Below, in pieces: positions 32,505 through 44,731 of a DNA stretch of 64,000 bases. Where the stretch lies: positions 1 through 64,000 of the forward strand of contig CAWDSK010000001.1 in NCBI GenBank assembly GCA_963804995.1, written 5' to 3'. The notes under the pieces are model-generated. The model did no database searches, was not told the origin of the DNA, and saw only the letters and a list, made by a program, of their open reading frames with translations. The position numbers and the translations under genes are program-made. This stretch comes from an uncultured Acidobacteriota bacterium (lineage in GTDB: Bacteria > Acidobacteriota > Terriglobia > UBA7540). Position 1 is the first letter of the stretch. Each line of letters opens with the position of its first letter.

Positions 32505-33303
32505 TGCCGTTTCCAATTACAACTCGTTACAGTTGAATTTCCGGCACACGTTCGGCCGCGGGCTCAACTTCCAGGTAGCCTATAGGTGGTCCCATGACAT
32601 TGATGACTCCATCTCAACATATTCTAGTTCCGCCAATGGGGTCGACCCCTTCAATCTCACACGCTGGTATGGAACCTCGGATCTGAACCGCACGCAGGTG
32701 CTGGGCATGAGCTACGTCTATGAATTGCCCATCTTCAAGAACTCCACGAACGGTGCCCTAAATAGCGTCGCAGGCGGGCGGAAAATCAGAGGCATTATCA
32801 GTCTCTGGACAGGGCAACCTATTACTTTCAACTGCGGGGTCAGCGGTACGAGTAGCGCCATCGGGAGCGGGGTGATGTGTAGCACACCGGGACGGGTTCG
32901 AATCAAGAAACGAACGGTCAACGATCTCCAATACAGGCCGACCCCCACCTGGTTTGATCCTGCAATGCTCGCTCGGGCGCTCTTCAGCCAGCTCTTCGCG
33001 AACGGCCAGTCCGGGATGTTCGACTATATGGGCCGGAATGTTCTTACTGCCCCAGGGCGCAACACGTGGGACCTTGCCTTGCTTAAAGACTTCCAGTTGT
33101 CCTGGGTCCACGCTGAACACTCTACGCTGCAATTTCGCTGGGAGACGTTCAACACGTTCAATCATCCCCAGTTGAAATCCATCAACGCCAGTTGCAGCAG
33201 TAGTACCGGATTTGGCGAACCCTGCACACAGCAGGGGAATGCAGAGGTGACGGGGGACTGGGGTCCCCGCGTTATGCAATTTGCTCTGAAATTCAGCTTC
33301 TAG
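32197..33303 (+). pseudogene. Internally deleted TonB-dependent receptor
   Basis: Signal peptide plus GTVTDSSGAVI start joined to a barrel C-terminus (SNYNSLQ...ETFNTFNHPQ...PRVMQFALKFSF); only 368 aa. Confidence 0.8.
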
Positions 33304-33464
33304 CTTAGTTGTCGTTCATTCCCCTCCAGAGGGAGATGCGACGTGAAACGTTCTGTGCCAGCATTTGTTGGGTGGGTCCCTGCCGTCACCGCTTCAGCAA
33401 ACCGGGCGCAGATGAGATCTTGAAACCACAATAATGGATGAGCACAACACAGGGAGGAGAAAAT

Positions 33465-34394
33465 ATGTCTGAGGAATCCGCTTTAAGCCGACGCGAATTT
33501 TTTAAAACGAGCGCAGTAGCCGGAGCTGGTCTTGCCGCCGGTGCCACTAACCCTAGCGGTCTTTTGGAACCGCCCTCAACGTCTACAGCACAAGCGAAGT
33601 CGGTAAAGGTTTACATGGTCACCGATATGGAAGGTGTACACGGCATTTTCAACTGGGAAGACCAGTGTCAACCGTTCAAGAGCGCTCGGTGGGCAGAGTC
33701 CCAGAAGTTGCTGACGGGTGAGGTCAACGCCGCTGTTGAGGGGCTGTGTGCTGGTGGCGCGACGGAAGTCATTGTGGCCGATCTCCATGACAGTAGTCGC
33801 TCACTTTCAACGGAAACAATTGACCCGCGAGCACGATTACTTCAGGGTGTAGGTATCCCGGCCACTCTTGGGTTAGACTCTTCTTACAGCGCCATGATCT
33901 TCATCGGCCAACATCCGATGGCCGGCGCCAAAAACGGAGTCATAAGCCACAGCTACGCTTTTGAGATTCAAAATATGTGGTTGAATAACCAGATCATCGG
34001 TGAAATCGGGTCCACAGCGGCGTTTGCGGGCTACTTCGGAGTACCGGTAATCATGCTTGCCGGGGACGCGGCAGCTTGCCAGGAACTGCAACAACTGGTC
34101 CCCAATGCCGAGTGTGCAACGGTGAAGACAGGTTTAAGCCGGACGGGAGGGATTTCGCTCTCGGATCAGGCCGCGTATTCATTGATTCGCGAAAAGGCGC
34201 GCCGCGCTGTAGAACGACTCCCAGAGTTCAAACCTTACAAGGTCTCCGGGCCAGTGGAATTCAAGGTCGAGTTCACAGTACAAGGCATGCCGGTTTACCG
34301 GGAGCGCGAAGGCGTTGAGCGGTTGGACGACCGGACCTATGTATACCGGGGAAAGGATCTCGTCGATGCTTGGCTGAAGTGCAGTGTCTTCTAA
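33465..34394 (+). CDS. M55 family (DppA-like) D-aminopeptidase with Tat signal
   Basis: SRREFFK twin-arginine motif; TDMEG, EVNAA..G, DLH, FIGQH..AG, SHS, GEIG, GVPVIML.GD. Confidence 0.9.
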   Translation: MSEESALSRREFFKTSAVAGAGLAAGATNPSGLLEPPSTSTAQAKSVKVYMVTDMEGVHGIFNWEDQCQPFKSARWAESQKLLTGEVNAAVEGLCAGGATEVIVADLHDSSRSLSTETIDPRARLLQGVGIPATLGLDSSYSAMIFIGQHPMAGAKNGVISHSYAFEIQNMWLNNQIIGEIGSTAAFAGYFGVPVIMLAGDAAACQELQQLVPNAECATVKTGLSRTGGISLSDQAAYSLIREKARRAVERLPEFKPYKVSGPVEFKVEFTVQGMPVYREREGVERLDDRTYVYRGKDLVDAWLKCSVF

Positions 34395-34839
34395 GGGCTG
34401 ACAAAGCCTATGTGTGTCGTCACAAAGGCGGCGCCTGAGAAAACGGCCAGCTTTCAGCAGCATCACCGCTCTTTCACGAGCCTTCTTGTTGTGGCGCGAT
34501 GTCGTGCCCCTCGCGATTTTTCCGAATGTTTTGACAGCCTGATGCGCCCGACTTCCGGAGCATAGGTGCTTGGCGCGGCCATTTCGCCGTCCATGGATTC
34601 CTGGTCCCACTCATCAAAAGCGATGTAGGTCAACATTTCCGTTTTCAAATCTCGACCGACGCATAACATACACCTGACTGCCCCTGCATGCAATCGTCGT
34701 CGTCGCGGGCGGGTTTTCGGTGTCGAGCGCCTCAGTGATCCCACAAGGCTCTCGTCCTACCTCTTCGGAGGGTTTCAAGGCCCTTAACTGCCGCTTTTCC
34801 AACCCATAACTCGGACACCCCTCTGACCACGCCTACCTT

Positions 34840-35031
34840 GCCGCCGAGTTCCGCCTCCGGCCAGCGCTTTCGCCTCCCCGATGGTGATGGTACCGCCGCA
34901 ATCCTGAACAGCATGGCTCCAAAGACCTGCCGCGTCAGATAACTCTCCGCCAAAAGCAGCCAATAATACCCGCACGCTTCGCCAGCCGTCCGCCAGTTTT
35001 CACCAGCCGCTGCTTCAAGTTGGTCAACGAC
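34840..35031 (-). mobile_element. IS1380-family transposase C-terminal remnant
   Basis: SLTNLKQRLVKTGGRL.K.A / YYWLLLAESYLTRQVFGAML.RI, frameshifted. Confidence 0.6.
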
Positions 35032-35861
35032 GGATGTGTTGCCAGAAGTCGCGGATGGTCTGTCACTCTTGAGAGACCATTGCTGGACCCTAATGACTGG
35101 CGAGCTTCAAATGGCGGCACTTCACCCCCGAAATCATTCTGTGAGCCGTCCGTTGGTACCTTCGCTATTCCCTTTCCTATCGTGATACCCAAGAGTTGTT
35201 GGTCGACAGAGGTTTGGACATCGATCATACGACCGTCTGGCGGTGGGCCCAGCGTTACGTGCCGAAACTCGAGGTGCGGACCCGGCCCCACCTGAAACCG
35301 ACGAATAAATCCTGGCTGGTGGACGAGACGTACGTGTGGGTCAAAGGCCGCTGGTTTTACATCTATCGAGCGATCGACTTGGCAGGGGCGACGGTCGATT
35401 TCTTCCTATCGGCGTTTCGTTCTGCCGATGCGACCAAGGCGTTGTTGGCCAAGGCGCTGACAGACCCTTCTCACCCGCAGCCGCGGGTGATCAACACCGA
35501 CAAAGCCAAGTGTTATCCGCCATCGATTCTTGAACCCAGGGAAGAAGGAGCCTTACGGAAGCGCTGCCGTCATCGGCCGGTTCAATATCTGAACAACATT
35601 TTGGAGCAAGACCACCGCGCCATCAAGAAACAGATCAGTGCCCAGCAACATTTTCGGCTGGTCGGTTCTGCGCGGAGAACGATTCCAGGTTACGAGGTGA
35701 TGCACAAGATACGGAAGGGCCAAGTCCAGCCGGTGAAGAAGGGTGACATTCGAGGCCAGACCCGATTTATTAATCGAGTCTTCTGCCTCGCTGCCCAACT
35801 TACTACCTCGGTCGCCGTCCGAGCCGATCCCTGTCCTCCCTTCAATCTTTTCAACACATCC
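35032..35861 (+). mobile_element. IS6-family element (830 bp), transposase inactivated
   Basis: IRs GGATGTGTTG / CAACACATCC; FKWRHF.PEIIL*AVRWYLRY (in-frame TGA); VDETY, YRAID, INTDKA, YLNNILEQDHR. Confidence 0.88.
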
Positions 35862-35864
35862 AAT

Positions 35865-36050
35865 TCACTTGGTGGTTGCCAACCCCAAGGCGGGGCGTCG
35901 TTTCGCCGAGCCGATGAGTAGCAAGAACAACCGTATCGACGCCGAGGTCTTATTGGAATACGCGGCTCGCATGCCCTTCCGGCCCTGGCAGGCTCCTGCC
36001 CCCTTGGCTTTGCAGTTGCACGCCGTCGCCCGCCGCCGCGAGGAGCGCCG
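35865..36050 (+). mobile_element. IS110-family transposase fragment
   Basis: VVANPKAGRRFAEPMSSKNNRIDAEVLLEYA resembles the NP..R.FA...K.D.IDA motif. Confidence 0.55.
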
Positions 36051-36191
36051 GCGCGATCCGATCTTGGTGGGTCGACGTGAAAAAATCAAAGCAGAAAGCC
36101 CACTGTCTTTCTGCAAGGACAACGGAGTTCTGCATTGCAGGCTGTTTCCTGCTCAAAGGTTTTCGCTCTCGATGAAACGCCCGTTCGATCC

Positions 36192-37076
36192 TTACTCCGG
36201 CAGGTACTTTAACCAGGCATCGAGAAAGTTCTTCCCATGGAAAATCCAGGTACGCTCATCCAACCGTTCGACTCCATTACCTGTCCGCCAGCGGCTGGTT
36301 CCACGTGTGGTAATTTCCACCTTCACGTCCACGGGCCCCGACATCCTATAAGGCTTCATTTCTCCTAGCCGTTCCATCGCACGCTGTGCCTTCTCGCGAA
36401 TCAGCTTGCAAGCAGTAGGGTGCGGGAGCATATACCCTGCTGTGCGACCGACGCCGGATTTTACTTCTGCGCACTCGGCTTGCGGCGCAGTATCGTGCAG
36501 TTCGCGGCAGGCAGCAGCGTCACCGGAAAGCATTGCGACCGGAATTCCAAATTCTCCCGCCAGCATGATGGTGGTGGCGATTTCACCCTCCGGCGTGCCA
36601 TTCACCCACATGTTCTGGATTCCCAGCGAGCTATAGCTGTGGCTCAGAATTCCATCCCTAGCCCCGGCCATCGCGTGCTGGCCAATGAAAACGATAGCGC
36701 TATAAGAGGAATCAAGCCCCATGGTAGGTGGAATGGGGCTGCCCGTAAGCAATCGACATCTGGGATTGATGTTGAGCACCGAGAGCGTTTCCGAGCCGTC
36801 GTGCCCGTCATACACAATGACCTCCGTCGCGCCACCGGCGAATAAGCCATCCACCGCCGCGTTGATCTCGCCGGTCAACAGGTTGCGCGATTCTTCAAAT
36901 CGCCTGCTACGACCCGGCATGCACTGCAAATCGCTGTCGAAAATTCCACTCACGCCTTCCATATCCGTAACCATGAAGACCTTCTTCGGTGGCGTGGCCT
37001 GTCCAAAAACCGAGCCTACGGATACCAAACTTATCAACAGGCAATACCCGGCGAAGATTCTTCTCTTCTTCAACAT
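36192..37076 (-). CDS. M55 family (DppA-like) D-aminopeptidase with Sec-type signal
   Basis: TDMEG, EINAA, DGH, FIGQHAMAG, LSHSYS, GIPVAMLSGD; paralogue of 33465-34394. Confidence 0.9.
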   Translation of the reverse strand: MLKKRRIFAGYCLLISLVSVGSVFGQATPPKKVFMVTDMEGVSGIFDSDLQCMPGRSRRFEESRNLLTGEINAAVDGLFAGGATEVIVYDGHDGSETLSVLNINPRCRLLTGSPIPPTMGLDSSYSAIVFIGQHAMAGARDGILSHSYSSLGIQNMWVNGTPEGEIATTIMLAGEFGIPVAMLSGDAAACRELHDTAPQAECAEVKSGVGRTAGYMLPHPTACKLIREKAQRAMERLGEMKPYRMSGPVDVKVEITTRGTSRWRTGNGVERLDERTWIFHGKNFLDAWLKYLPE

Positions 37077-37407
37077 GATTTTGACACCTCGTTTCAATGG
37101 GATGTTGATGCAACTACGAGTACCCTGAAAACCGCTTGCCCGTCCCCAGAAGGGGAAATGTCATCGTCTCTGCTGCCGATGGACCGGCCAAATCTTTACT
37201 TGCGGCGCTCACGGTGCGCACTTCCGAGACGCAAACGGCAGCACATTGTACATCTGATTTATCTTCCAGAGAGGCGTTGTTGACCGATCGCAGTCACTTC
37301 AGACACAATAAGTGAGCCATTGTCACATGCCGCGGACGGTGATCGAGATCGGCTCGGGCCACCTTCATCTGAACCGGCAGACAAGGCGGAGGCAGGAGCT
37401 GTGAAAA

Positions 37408-38586
37408 GTGCATAAGACATCCATGGGTGTCGTCCTCTTATTCTTATTGGTTGGGCGGCTTCCGTTGGTCGGTGTGCCCCAGAAACCCGGACCTGATCCA
37501 CGCGCGTTGTTCGGGGAGGCACAGCGGGCCCTCCTCGCTCACGACTACGCCAAGGCGGAGCGGGATTTCCAAGAAGTCCTTAAGATCGATCCGCACTCGG
37601 CAGGGGCTTATTCGAATCTGGGCGTGGTCGAGATGCGTCTGGGCAGGTACGACTCCGCCATCCAGGCTTTCCAGGAAGCCAAAAAACTCGAGCCGCAATT
37701 GATAGGGTTCGACCTGAACCTGGGCCTGGCTTATTACCGCAAACAGGACTATGCCAATGCTATTCCCGCATTCGCGCGGGTGCTGCAATCCAACCCTGAG
37801 CACGCACAGGCGCGCTATCTGCTGGGCATGAGTTACTTTATGCAGGACGACTTCAAGCGTGCGGTCGCTACACTCGAGCCGCTTTCGGGCGAAGAGAAGA
37901 ACAATCTTGATTACCTCTTCGTGCTGGGTGTTGCCTATGACAAGGTCAAGCGGCCTGCGGACTCCCAGCAGACCTTTGAGCAGATGATTCGCGCAGGAGG
38001 CGACACCGCTCATCTGCACTTGCTTCTGGGGAAGGCCTACCTGGACAATTCACAGACTTCCAGGGCCGAGACTGAACTGGAGAAAGCAGTGGCACTTGAT
38101 CCCAAGCTGCCCTCCGCTCACTACAATCTGGGTGTGGCCTATCAGCGCGAGGGGAAGTTAGATCAAGCGGCAGCACAATTCAAACAAGAAATGCCGCTCA
38201 CTCCGGATCATCCCTGGAGCTTTGAGAATCTAGGCGTTGTCTATCTCGATCAGGAAAAGCCCGACGAAGCCATCGAGGTGTTTCGCAAAGCGCTCGACAT
38301 TGATCCCAAGCTCCCCTATTCGATCGACGGAATTGGCAAGGCCTATTTGCTGAAGGGCCAGCCGGAGAAAGCCCTACCTTACCTCCAGCGCGCGGTGGGA
38401 CTGATGCCAGACAGTGCCATGATGCACTTCCAATTAGGTCAGGCCTATCTGAAAACCGGTCAGCGCGAAAAGGGTCAGAAGGAAATCGTCGTGGCAGGGC
38501 AGCTCCAGGCGCAGGCCCGGAAGAAATTCGAGGAGACACTCTCAGGGAAGTTACCCGCTCCGAAGGCTCCCGGGGATGACCGATAG
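37408..38586 (+). CDS. Exported tetratricopeptide repeat protein
   Basis: Multiple TPRs (AYSNLG, NLGLAYY, AHYNLGVAY, FQLGQAY). Confidence 0.9.
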   Translation: MHKTSMGVVLLFLLVGRLPLVGVPQKPGPDPRALFGEAQRALLAHDYAKAERDFQEVLKIDPHSAGAYSNLGVVEMRLGRYDSAIQAFQEAKKLEPQLIGFDLNLGLAYYRKQDYANAIPAFARVLQSNPEHAQARYLLGMSYFMQDDFKRAVATLEPLSGEEKNNLDYLFVLGVAYDKVKRPADSQQTFEQMIRAGGDTAHLHLLLGKAYLDNSQTSRAETELEKAVALDPKLPSAHYNLGVAYQREGKLDQAAAQFKQEMPLTPDHPWSFENLGVVYLDQEKPDEAIEVFRKALDIDPKLPYSIDGIGKAYLLKGQPEKALPYLQRAVGLMPDSAMMHFQLGQAYLKTGQREKGQKEIVVAGQLQAQARKKFEETLSGKLPAPKAPGDDR

Positions 38587-38692
38587 GCAAGCGCGAAGCC
38601 TGTTGCAGCATGCAACGGACTTGGTCAAGTCGAAGTTGGTCCCTTGACGCTCAATTGACAACCCGACAGCAGTTTTTCAATAGGGTCACAGG

Positions 38693-40519
38693 TTACGACT
38701 TCGCAATGGGGGGCTTCGCCGCCGCAGTCGGGGCTTTTTCTGCCTTGATGATTCCAGCCCCTTCTTTGATGGTAAGGAACTGGTTGGCTTCGATGTTCGT
38801 GAATTTCTCGGCCCGCTGGGTAGTAGGCCACTTCACCTCAATCAGGTCCGCCTGTGGGGCTCGCCCAAGGCCAAAGTGCAGGCGCAAATCACTTTGCGAC
38901 ATCACGCTGGTTCCGGAGTGCACCTCATCGGTTTGGATGTGTTTTCCGGTTACCACTCGCACGCGCGCTCCGATGGCTGTGCGGTTACAGGTTGCGCCGA
39001 CAAGCTTGAGCTTGATCCAGTTGTTTTTATTGCCGCCGTCGTTGCGGAGCAGTGACGGGTAATCGTTCATATTCAAGACCAGCACGTCGATGTCGCCGTC
39101 GTTGTCATAGTCGCCAAAGGCGCACCCTCAACTCGCAAAGCGCGAGGCTATTCCCGGCCCCAAGTCCTTGGAGACGTCCTTGAACTTGCCATTCCCGAGG
39201 TTCCTGTACACGATCCGCGGTGAAGTAAATTGGGCGTCCAATTCCAGCTCCGCGAGCTCCGGGTAAATGTGGCCGGTGACATGGAAGATATCCTCCCAAC
39301 CGTCGTTGTCGTAATCCATGAAACCCGCGCCCCAACACACGTACTGCTTGTTCAGGGCCAAGCCGGCCGAGCGGGCCACCTCTGTGAACATCCCGTCCCC
39401 GTTGTTATGATAGAGGTCCACCGTATCGTCTGAAAAGTTCGTTTTGAAGATGTCGAGCCAGCCGTCGCAATCATAGTCCCCCACCCCCAGTCCCATTCCA
39501 GCCTGTTCCTCCCCGTCCTCGCTGTAAGCGCATCCGGCACTTATGGCGATGTCCTCAAACGTCCCGTCGTGCTGGTTATGAAACAAAATGCTGGGCTCGG
39601 AATCCACTGCCACGTAAATATCGGGCCAGCCGTCGTTGTCAAAATCGTAGGAGACGGCGCTGAGGGAGTACCGAGGGCCGGGTTTCAGGATACCTGCCTT
39701 TTCCGAAACATCCGTGAACGTCCCGTCCCCATTGTTGTGGTAAAGGATATTCATCGCGCCGGGCAGGCCTCGCGGCCCGCAAATCACCGGATGCTGACGA
39801 TACTGGCAATAGCCCGTCTCTCCTGGCAAGGGCACTTTGTTCAGGTCCAGCTCGATGTAGTTGCACACGAACAAGTCCAGGAATCCGTCACGGTCGTAGT
39901 CGAGCCACGTGCAGCCGGTGCCCCAGCGGACGCGCTCTTGCCATAGCCCCGACTGCTTCGTTACGTCGGTGAAGGTGCCGTCGCCATTGTTGTGCCAAAG
40001 CACGTTATGACCCCAATAGGTACAGAACAAATCATCCCAGCCGTCGTTGTCATAATCGCTTACGCAGACGCCGGTGCCCCATCCCGTACGAATGAGGCCG
40101 GCCTTCTCGGTTACGTCGGAGAACGTACCATCGCGGTTATTCTTGAAGAGGCGCTGGGTGGGAGTCCTGCCGCCCGGATACGGCTCTTCGCCCGGCAAGC
40201 GGTCACCGTTGGGCAAATAGATGTCAAGCCAGCCGTCCTGGTCATAATCGAAAAAAGCCAAGCCGCTACCTTTGGATTCCACGAGGTACTTCTTGCGTTT
40301 GACACCGCCCCAGACATTCGGCACGTTTAAGCCGGCCTCTTTGGCGACATCCACAAAGGTGACCGGGCACGGGTCGTCGGGATGGGAGACCGTTGCCGCC
40401 AGCGCGGGAATTCCGGTCCATCGCCACAGCGGGGTAGTAAGAACTTCCAGTAGTCTTGACCCCAAGAGGATAGCGGAAGAACCCAGAAAATGGCGACGAG
40501 GCAGTCTCATTGATGTCAA
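38693..40519 (-). pseudogene. CRTAC1/ASPIC-UnbV family FG-GAP repeat protein with an in-frame stop
   Basis: Repeated DYDNDGWxD and NNGDGTFTDV; LHFGLG ASPIC motif; in-frame TGA at 39128-39130 in AS*GCAFGD (Arg expected). Confidence 0.88.
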
Positions 40520-40896
40520 TTGTAGGCCCCCGTACTATTCCATAGACAACAACTCTATTTACCTCTCCAAGGGTACGCAAGAGAATAAATCCGGTGAGCA
40601 ACGACCTGGACCAGCCATTTCTGGGGACTCTGATCCGGATAGGACCCTTCCCGCCAACTAATCCCTTGTGCGATCTTATGGCTTGATGGCTGCGGTCCTG
40701 CGGGTTTCACTAGGGCGGAATGCATTTATCGAATAGAGCTTGCGGTGCGAAATCGAAAACGGTCGGCAAGAATCGAGGACCCTGAGGTCTCGCCGTCGCG
40801 GCTGGCTCACTGCCGCCGCGGCTCTCCACACTAGACGATGGGGGTACAGGAAGATTCTCGCTGCCTCGCTGTACCCCCGCCCCCAGAACATTCACG

Positions 40897-43800
40897 TCAG
40901 AAGGTAAACTTCATAGCGAACTGTAAAACGCGCGGCGTCCATGCCCCTGACACCTCACCCATGCCATAATTGTTGGCGATGCCGCTGCACGGAGATCCAA
41001 AAGGCGTACTGCCGCCACAGCCAGCGTTAATGTTATTCCACTGTGTGTGATTGAAGGTGTTAAACGTTTCGAAGCGGAATTGTAGCGATGAGTGTTCGCC
41101 TCGCGCCCAAGGCAATTGAAAGTCTTTGAGCAGGGCTAAGTCCCAGTTATTTCGGCCCGGTCCAGTGAGGGCGTTCCGTCCCATATAGCCGAACATCCCC
41201 GGTTCACCGCTGGCGCTGAACTGGGAGAGATTCGGCTGGCCGACACTATTTGGATCATACCACATCTGAGTAGGTCCGAATTGAGGGTCGTTGTAAGTAG
41301 ATTTCCTGATCTTGACCGGGGCGAGCGAGTTGCAACGCATTCCTTCACTGATACCGTTGCTCATTCCGTCTACACCGCAGCCGAAGTTCACCGGCTCCCC
41401 GCTGTAGAAAGTCGTAATCCCACTCACCGCCCAGCCACCCAGCGCCGTCTTTACTGTGGCCTTAGAGGCATTCTTGAAGAACGGCAGGTCGTACATGTAA
41501 TTCATCACCAGAGCGTGGGTACGGTTAAAGTCCGACGTGGCAAACCAGCGGTTTAGGTTGGACTCGTCCACATACAAATAGCCGTTTCCGCTCTCGTTGT
41601 CAATCCCGTGAGCATATGTGTAGGCCGCCTCGAAGCTCACGCCATGTCCAAACCTATGGCGCAAGTCCGCTTGCAAAGAGTTGTAATGAGAGGAGGCTGC
41701 ATATTCGTAATAGTCGATCTGGCTGTAAGCGCGATACGGAAAAAAGAAGATGTTCGGCTGGATCTGGTTCATCAGGATGGACTGGACATCACAGTTGCCC
41801 GAGACATCGCATCCCGTTGTCCCGGCTAGGGCTGGAACGTTCATAGTTCCTACACCATCAGGTATGCGGGTGAGGTTCGAGGTGCGGCTCAGGTGCCGCC
41901 CCAAAGTCCCAACCCATCCTATGCTCAGAACAGTATCCGATGGAAACTCGTGCTGCACCGTGAGATTGTACTGCTGCGACGACTGCCAAGGTCCGGAGGA
42001 TGGATAGGCGGATACATACACCGGAGCTAGAGGGCCCTGCGCTAAGCTCTCGTAACCGTTAATGTTGTACCCGACAGGTTTAAATGACGATCGGCGGATT
42101 TCCAATTCCCACTTCCGAATTCCCGTAGGAAGACAAGTTGTCATAGAAAATGCCATATCCCCCACGGATAGAGGTCTTGCCACTGCCGGTAGGATCAAGG
42201 GCAAACCCGAGGCGCGGCGTAAACATATTCCGCGGCACGTTCCGGCAACCTACGGGAATCCCTGTCGACCCGCATTGTACCAAGCCGTTCCCGAACATCG
42301 TGTAGTTATATCCGGTACCTTGGACTATGTTTCCGTCGATATCGAGCTGAGCTTGTTTCGCCGGATCGTACAGTGCAGGGAAGAAATCCGCGTCGTTGGT
42401 GGGAATGGAGAAATCGTGTTCGGGTGTCGAAGCGTAGTAACGCAACCCCAGGTTGAGGGTCAACCTGCGGTTAACCTTCCAGTCATCCTGGATATAAGGC
42501 TCGTATTGCTGCTTGCGCTCGCGCGTCCAGCCCCATCCCCCCACCGGGACGCCACCAGAAACGGCGGTGCGCTCCGTGTACGAATAGATCCGGCCCAAAA
42601 ACATATCGGCTAAACCATTCTTCGTCGTGAGAGGTCCTCCGCCCGTAAAGACGTAGTTCCCCATCGGGTCGGCATCCGACCCCGGGCCCGAAGTGTGATA
42701 GATCAAAGCCTGCAACCCAAACTTAAGGGTGTGTCTACCCACCGTCCAGGCCACGTTGTCTCTCAACGTATTCACGGGGAACCACTGGCGATAGTTGGTC
42801 AAATGCACGGCCATGGTAAAATGGAAGGGCGTGCCCCCAGAAACCTTGATTCCAGGCAGATAGGGGATCGCAGCGTTGGGAGCGAAGAAGTTTCCCGCGG
42901 TCCAGTTGGAGGGCTTGGTGATCGATCCTGAGGGAGACGTAGGGCTGACCAAAGGAGTGTAAATCTGATCCGTGCGAGAGTACCCATAGATGAACTCGTT
43001 CATCAGGTTGGGCTTGAAGGTGTGGACCAGGTGCAGCCAAGCCATCGGAGTCGGAATCGACCTGTGCGTCTCTACGGTGTCGTAAGTGTTGGAAGAATAT
43101 AGGGCCGGGGCGACGATCTTGGTCCACGACTTGTGTGAGTACTTGACGAAAAGTCTAGTATTGTCACCGATATTCTGATCCACACGCGCGCTGATTTCCA
43201 GCAAATCCGCCGGCACCTTGATAGAACTCACGTAACTGTCAACGCCGTTATTGGGAAGAGGAACGAACGCATCGAGCATCGGCTTTGCGTTGGGATCGAT
43301 AGGCACAGTGTCCCCTGGGAACGGCTGGCCGGTGGCAGGATTTATGGGTAACCTGCAGCCGGAAGCAACCACGGCGTTGTAATTGGCAGACATTGGGTCG
43401 CATTCACTGAAATCCCCCTGCCGCATCCGCAGACTCGGCACACCGCTGGGGCCAATTTCCTTCCCGTCACGATACTTCGCCCAGTACTGGGAATAGTAGA
43501 AAAAAGTCTTCGACTTATCCGTGTTGTAATGGCCGGGAATATAGACCGGCCCGCCGAGGGTGAAGCCGAAAGTGTTAGCTTGCAAGGGGGCCTTTGGAGC
43601 GTTACAAGGTCCGGCAGGGTTTCCGCCACAGTCTGCTTGCACATTTAAGCTGCTCCAAGGTTCTCGGTTAATAAAAAAATCATTGGCGTTGAGGGCTTGG
43701 TTCTTGACGAATTCGAACGCCGTGCCGTGAAAGTCCTTCGTCCCAGACTTCGTGACAACGTCAATCTGGGCTGCGCCCCGTGAGCCCAGATCTGCGCCAT

Positions 43801-44539
43801 AGTTGGCGGTGGAGACCCGGAACTCGGCAATGGATTCGATGCTCGGAAACTCCACCAGGGTAACGCCGCCGCTGCTATTATCCTCGGCGCTCTGGCCGTC
43901 GAGATTCCAATTGGTGGAATCCTCCCGCAACCCGTTGAAGGACATGTAAGCTCTGTAGCCGTGGCCGATATGCGAAAGGTCTGCACTATTATCGGGGCTT
44001 GCCCCGGGAACCAGGAAGCTAAGCTGCTGAAATTGGCGCCCGGCTAGGGCCAGGGTGACGATTTGACTTCCTGTCACCACGTCGGAAACGGATCCGCTCT
44101 CCGTTTCCACTTTCGTGACGTTCCCAGCGACGGTGATTTGCTGCGTCACCTGACCGAGCGTGAGCTGCATGTCTAACCGGAGCGTCTGGTCGACTTCAAG
44201 CCTGATCCCTGTGCGCACCAACTTCTGGAAACCCGAAACCTCGGCGCTGACAACGTAGTTGCCGATGGGAACCTTATCGGCCCTATATTCTCCCGCTGAA
44301 TTCGTCACCGTATTGCGAACAAAGCCTCGGTCGGGATTTGAAACCACAATCTTGGCTCCTGGCACGATGGCACCTGTGGAGTCCGTCACTATGCCCACAA
44401 TCGTGGCTTGATCCTGCGCCCAAGCCGCGACCGGCGAGAGCAAAACAAGGGCCAATATGAGCAAGCCCAGCTTCCCGATGGCGTCTGTCGCCGATAAATA
44501 CTCGCATCTCTTGTCAAACCGCTGAGATTTATGCTCCAT
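40897..44539 (-). pseudogene. TonB-dependent receptor with carboxypeptidase regulatory-like domain, frameshifted
   Basis: GIVTDSTGAIVPGA, VTKSGTKDFHG, YIQDDWKV..RLTLNLGLRY, PRLGFA.D, IRGGYG; frameshift near 42085; C-terminal PRVLQFAMKFTF. Confidence 0.88.
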
Positions 44540-44731
44540 AAATCACTCTCCTTAACGCTTATAGATTCTTCTCAAGAGCGACGCTTTATAGGTTAACTAT
44601 CATGAGAGCCGCAAACCTAGCGGAGAAGTCCTTCCCTTTGCGTTTCGCCCGACGGAATGGTAACCTTTTAGCTCAATGGGAGCGCCGAGGCAACGAGAGA
44701 AGCTTATTTTTTCTTAGCATTTCTTACTAGA

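Noticed and set aside
10918..39130. In-frame TGA codons suggesting selenocysteine or an alternative genetic code
   Set aside because: The expected residues differ (Trp in the IS6 gene, Arg in CRTAC1), none is a Cys position, and many intact genes end in TGA.
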